Origin: Pseudomonadota bacterium
GTDB lineage: Bacteria > Desulfobacterota > Desulfobacteria > Desulfobacterales > JBDRRP01
Direction: 5' to 3'
Length of the DNA: 53,384 nt
Assembly (NCBI GenBank): GCA_043825735.1
Contig: JBDRRP010000055.1
Span: 62,001-115,384, forward strand
A program made the position numbers and the translations under genes. Position 1 is the first letter of the stretch. Each line of letters opens with the position of its first letter. This document shows, piece after piece, positions 50,415 through 53,384 of the stretch. The notes under the pieces were generated by a model, which had not been told where the DNA came from, did no database searches, and was given only the letters and a program-made list of their open reading frames with translations.

Positions 50415-51449
50415 TTATAAATTGTGGCGCTTGATTTTCTCCACCAGGGTGGTGCGATTCAGGCGCAGGAGCTTGGCGGCCTGGTTCTTCACCCCGTGTG
50501 CCTTTTCAAGCGACTGGAGAATCAGCGTCTTTTCAAAATCGGTGACGGCCGTATTCAGGCAAAGGCCTTCTTCGCCAATGCATACAGACAATGCGCCCTG
50601 AACAGGCTGGCCGCCCCGGATGCTCGCCGGAATGTCGGCAGCGGTAATGCGCCCATGGCCTTTGATGACCGAAAGCCTTTCAACGAGATTGCGCATCTCG
50701 CGAATATTGCCGGGCCAGGAATGTGAGGCCAGGATGTCCATGGCATCGCCATCGATTCCTTCGAGATCACCCTTATTCGAGCGGCGGCACTGATCGAGGA
50801 AATGGTTCAGCAATAGCGGCACATCGGATTTTCTGTCCCGCAGTGCGGGCATCTCGATGGGAATCACATAAATTCGGTAAAACAGATCTTCGCGGAAACG
50901 CCCCTCGGCAATGGCTGATTCCAGGTTACGGTGAGTGGCTGCAATGACACGGATATCGGTTTTCACGGTGCGGCTGCCGCCCACCGGCTCGAACTCCCCT
51001 TCTTCCAACACCCTGAGCAGCTTCACCTGCAGGTCCGCACTCATATCACCGATTTCATCAAGAAAGAGGGTGCCGCCGCGGGCCAGCTCAAACTTGCCGA
51101 TCTTGCTTCGAGTGGCACCGGTGAAAGATCCCTTCACGTGCCCGAACAGCTCACTTTCCAGCAAATTCTCCGGTATGGCGCCGCAGTTGATGGTCACCAG
51201 CGGTTGCAGCGCCCTGGGAGATAGCGCGTGAATGGCCCTGGCGATAAGCCCCTTGCCGGTACCTGTCTCGCCGGTGATCATGATGGTGCTGTCGCTGGCG
51301 GCAACCCGTTCCACCAGCCGAAAGACGTTCTTCATGGCAGGGCTTTGCCCGATGAGAAAATCCAGACTGGCGCCGTCAGCCGTTTGAAATGCACCTGTCG
51401 GGATGTCAGTTGCCGCTGCGCCGTTGTCGACCGCTAAAGAGAGCCCCAT
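50415..51449 (-). CDS. Sigma54-dependent activator without N-terminal regulatory domain (FleQ/FlrA-like position)
   Basis: [27 protein letters not shown], Fis HTH; only about 30 aa before the AAA+ domain. Confidence 0.9.
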   Translation of the reverse strand: MGLSLAVDNGAAATDIPTGAFQTADGASLDFLIGQSPAMKNVFRLVERVAASDSTIMITGETGTGKGLIARAIHALSPRALQPLVTINCGAIPENLLESELFGHVKGSFTGATRSKIGKFELARGGTLFLDEIGDMSADLQVKLLRVLEEGEFEPVGGSRTVKTDIRVIAATHRNLESAIAEGRFREDLFYRIYVIPIEMPALRDRKSDVPLLLNHFLDQCRRSNKGDLEGIDGDAMDILASHSWPGNIREMRNLVERLSVIKGHGRITAADIPASIRGGQPVQGALSVCIGEEGLCLNTAVTDFEKTLILQSLEKAHGVKNQAAKLLRLNRTTLVEKIKRHNL

Positions 51450-51503
51450 GAACGATCCTCCGAGGTTACTGGTCTTTTCGGGATGATGGTCGCCCTCCAG
51501 GTG

Positions 51504-51519
51504 AGCAAGGGGTATGCCA
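51504..51519 (-). promoter_or_regulatory. Sigma54 promoter of the FleQ-like activator
   Basis: Minus strand TGGCATACCCCTTGCT. Confidence 0.78.
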
Positions 51520-51827
51520 TAAATGAGAAAGCGCCAAAACCACGCGCTTTCTCATTTATTTACAGTTAGTTGGATATCGATTTCAAATTCCGGAAATCTG
51601 GAGAATCGGCAGAAGACGCAAAGATTCGTTGCAGAATGCAAAAGACGGGAAATCCGCGTGAAAAAGGCCAAAACAAGGGGCACTGGCACGCCAGCGCCCC
51701 ATGTCGGAAAATCTGAAAGCTGCCTATTATCTCTATAACCGATAGATATAATGATACATATGATTACCTTCGCAGGATGCGAGCGATGTTTTCGCATCCT
51801 GCGACATGAAGGGGCGCAGCGCCTTCA

Positions 51828-52568
51828 TCAGAACTTGGATTTAACTTCATCGACTGTTTCGTGGATAGGTATTTCGCTGGTCTCGGCAAACTCCTTGAGT
51901 TCATCACGCAGGGTGGCGGATCCCACCACCCGGATGTGGATCTTTCCCATCCGGCAGGCGTCGATGACCTGGATAATCACTTTGATCAGCGACATGCTGG
52001 TTTCTTTCACCGCACTGAGATCCAGGATCATCTTATGCTGCCCGGCGCCGGTCATGTCCTTGATGCGCTTTTTGATGAATGTCTCGATCTCAACGCTCAC
52101 CGGCCGGGTGATCTTCTCAGGGCAAGCCAGAATGTGGATATCGCCGTCCAAGCGAAAATATTTGTCCGCCGGATCATTTTCAGGCTTCTCCTGAATTTCC
52201 TCAAGGCTCACGACGCTTTTGGCCCGTTCGATGAGTTGCTCGCCTTTGAAGGGTTTCACCATGTAATTGGAAACCCCCATCTTGACGATGTTCATGACAT
52301 TTTCCTTACCGGACTCGGCTGTGAGCATGATGACCGGGATGCCCTTCAATGCAGGATCCGCCTTGAGTTTTTCCAGCATCTCCACCCCGGTCATCACCGG
52401 CATGGTGATATCCAAAATGATGAGATCCGGTTTTTCTTTCGAAGCGGCAGCCAACCCCAACTGCCCGTTTTCCGCTTCGAACAGCTCACAGTCATAGGAC
52501 TTGAAGGCCTTCTTCACGATCATCCGGATAGTTTTACTGTCATCAACGGTCAGTATTTTTAAGGCCAT
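51828..52568 (-). CDS. Response regulator: CheY-like REC plus C-terminal STAS-like domain
   Basis: ILTVDDS, LDITMP, LTAE, VKPF; C-terminal KMILDLSAV...IHETVDE resembles STAS. Confidence 0.85.
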   Translation of the reverse strand: MALKILTVDDSKTIRMIVKKAFKSYDCELFEAENGQLGLAAASKEKPDLIILDITMPVMTGVEMLEKLKADPALKGIPVIMLTAESGKENVMNIVKMGVSNYMVKPFKGEQLIERAKSVVSLEEIQEKPENDPADKYFRLDGDIHILACPEKITRPVSVEIETFIKKRIKDMTGAGQHKMILDLSAVKETSMSLIKVIIQVIDACRMGKIHIRVVGSATLRDELKEFAETSEIPIHETVDEVKSKF

Positions 52569-52679
52569 GATAACCTCCGCATCAACGACCGCCCGATCTG
52601 CGGGCGGCTTTGGGATTGCGGCCTAGGGCCGCGGTTCAAAATGTGCCAACGGAAAAACCCACTGTGTGCTGCACCGGTA

Positions 52680-52869
52680 TCAACCACCGGCCTTTATAGA
52701 TATCTCAACGATCGCCATATGATCTTGGTGGCGAAACGCTACACGCTCGCGCCGCGTCCAGCCCTTGGTCTCAACCTGGAAATCGCTGCCACGGATCGTT
52801 GTGGGAATGGAAAGCTGGCGTGGCATCACCGACAGATGACTTCAGATCCAGGTCGGCCAGTGTATTCAT
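52680..52869 (-). pseudogene. cheX-like gene with a large frameshifting internal deletion
   Basis: ATG at 52869 gives MNTLADLDLKSSVGDA...; a shifted frame reads QLSIPTTIRGSDFQVETKGWTRRERVAFRHQDHMAIVEISIKAGG*, resembling the CheX C-terminus (LSIP..I.G..F). The central ExxN helix is absent. Confidence 0.6.
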
Positions 52870-52914
52870 GCTCGCGGTTTCCCTTCAGGGCTTTGAGGTG
52901 CTGTTACCAGGTAA

Positions 52915-52941
52915 CTATCGGCACCGCATTCAGTATCTTTA
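52915..52941 (-). promoter_or_regulatory. Sigma28 promoter for the cheX-like remnant and REC-STAS regulator
   Basis: Minus strand TAAA-N15-GCCGATAG. Confidence 0.8.
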
Positions 52942-53089
52942 GCGATTTCTGAATTTTCGGCAAGCGATTCCATCAGATGTCAAAAATCCGACTTAAGGCC
53001 CATTGTAATCAGGTCTATGCAATGTCCGTACCTGGATGGAACCTTCGGAAAAAACTGCCCACGGTCGGCATTTTCTGCCGGTTAGATCC

Positions 53090-53116
53090 TAAAGTTGTGG
53101 TGAAAACGTCCGATAA
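53090..53116 (+). promoter_or_regulatory. Sigma28 promoter of flagellin
   Basis: TAAA-N15-TCCGATAA. Confidence 0.8.
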
Positions 53117-53244
53117 AGGAAGCAAAAGCCGGTGTGTGTCGTTTCCAGGCAGGGTACCCGGATGACCCATCGGCGATGATCGGGAATTTTCCCCATGCGC
53201 CCCGGCCAGAATGCCGGGCAACACCTTAGAAAAGGAGCATCATC

Positions 53245-53384
53245 ATGTCAATCAACAGCATTTCTTTAACGGCAGGCATGCGGCAGTCGCTTTTCAGCAG
53301 CCAGGAAACCAGCAAACTCATGGACAAAACGTCCAGCCGTTTGAGCTCCGGGCTCAGGGTCCAGTCCGCCCTGGACGATCCCAT
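53245..53384 (+). CDS. Flagellin, N-terminal fragment (runs off the right edge)
   Basis: AAGGAG RBS; MSINSISLTAGMRQSLFSSQETSKLMDKTSSRLSSGLRVQSALDDP contains the flagellin RLSSG.R..SA.DD motif. Confidence 0.88.
   Translation, partial: MSINSISLTAGMRQSLFSSQETSKLMDKTSSRLSSGLRVQSALDDP

Overview
GC-rich bacterial window; the gene order suggests Desulfobacterota/deltaproteobacteria (inference). It is dominated by a ~46 kb flagellar/chemotaxis supercluster on the minus strand. In transcription order it reads: REC-STAS regulator, two sigma54 activators, flgBC-fliEFGHIJ, fliK-flgDE, fliLMNO, [an SBP + hybrid histidine kinase pair on the opposite strand], fliPQR-flhBA-flhF-fleN-fliA, a small membrane protein, flgFGAHIJ-flgMN, cheA-cheD-HDOD-cheY-cheX-cheB, flgKL and a secreted hypothetical. 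The 5' end of a divergent flagellin gene lies at the right edge. Six minus-strand sigma54 (-24/-12) and three sigma28 promoters are readable in the DNA. The left end carries a partial sigma54 activator, two small plus-strand ORFs, a REC/PPDK_N fusion gene and an HTH_17-Cys-PAS regulator. Most notable: (1) a 50-aa peptide with 9 Cys (…CC…DPCGC…DPCGC…CCC) missing from the ORF track, plus a 63-aa partner, behind a sigma54-like promoter and tandem palindromes, divergent from a sensor-less sigma54 activator; (2) FlhF fused to an Ada-like Zn-binding domain; (3) a permease-less SBP/hybrid kinase pair splitting fliO from fliP; (4) a second cheX-like gene collapsed by a frameshifting internal deletion; (5) CheA with an MshEN-like motif in a che cluster lacking cheW/cheR/MCP; (6) a short FlgE; (7) several families of 7-nt and 8/9-nt periodic intergenic repeats. 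All calls come from reading the sequence and recognising motifs; no database searches were run.
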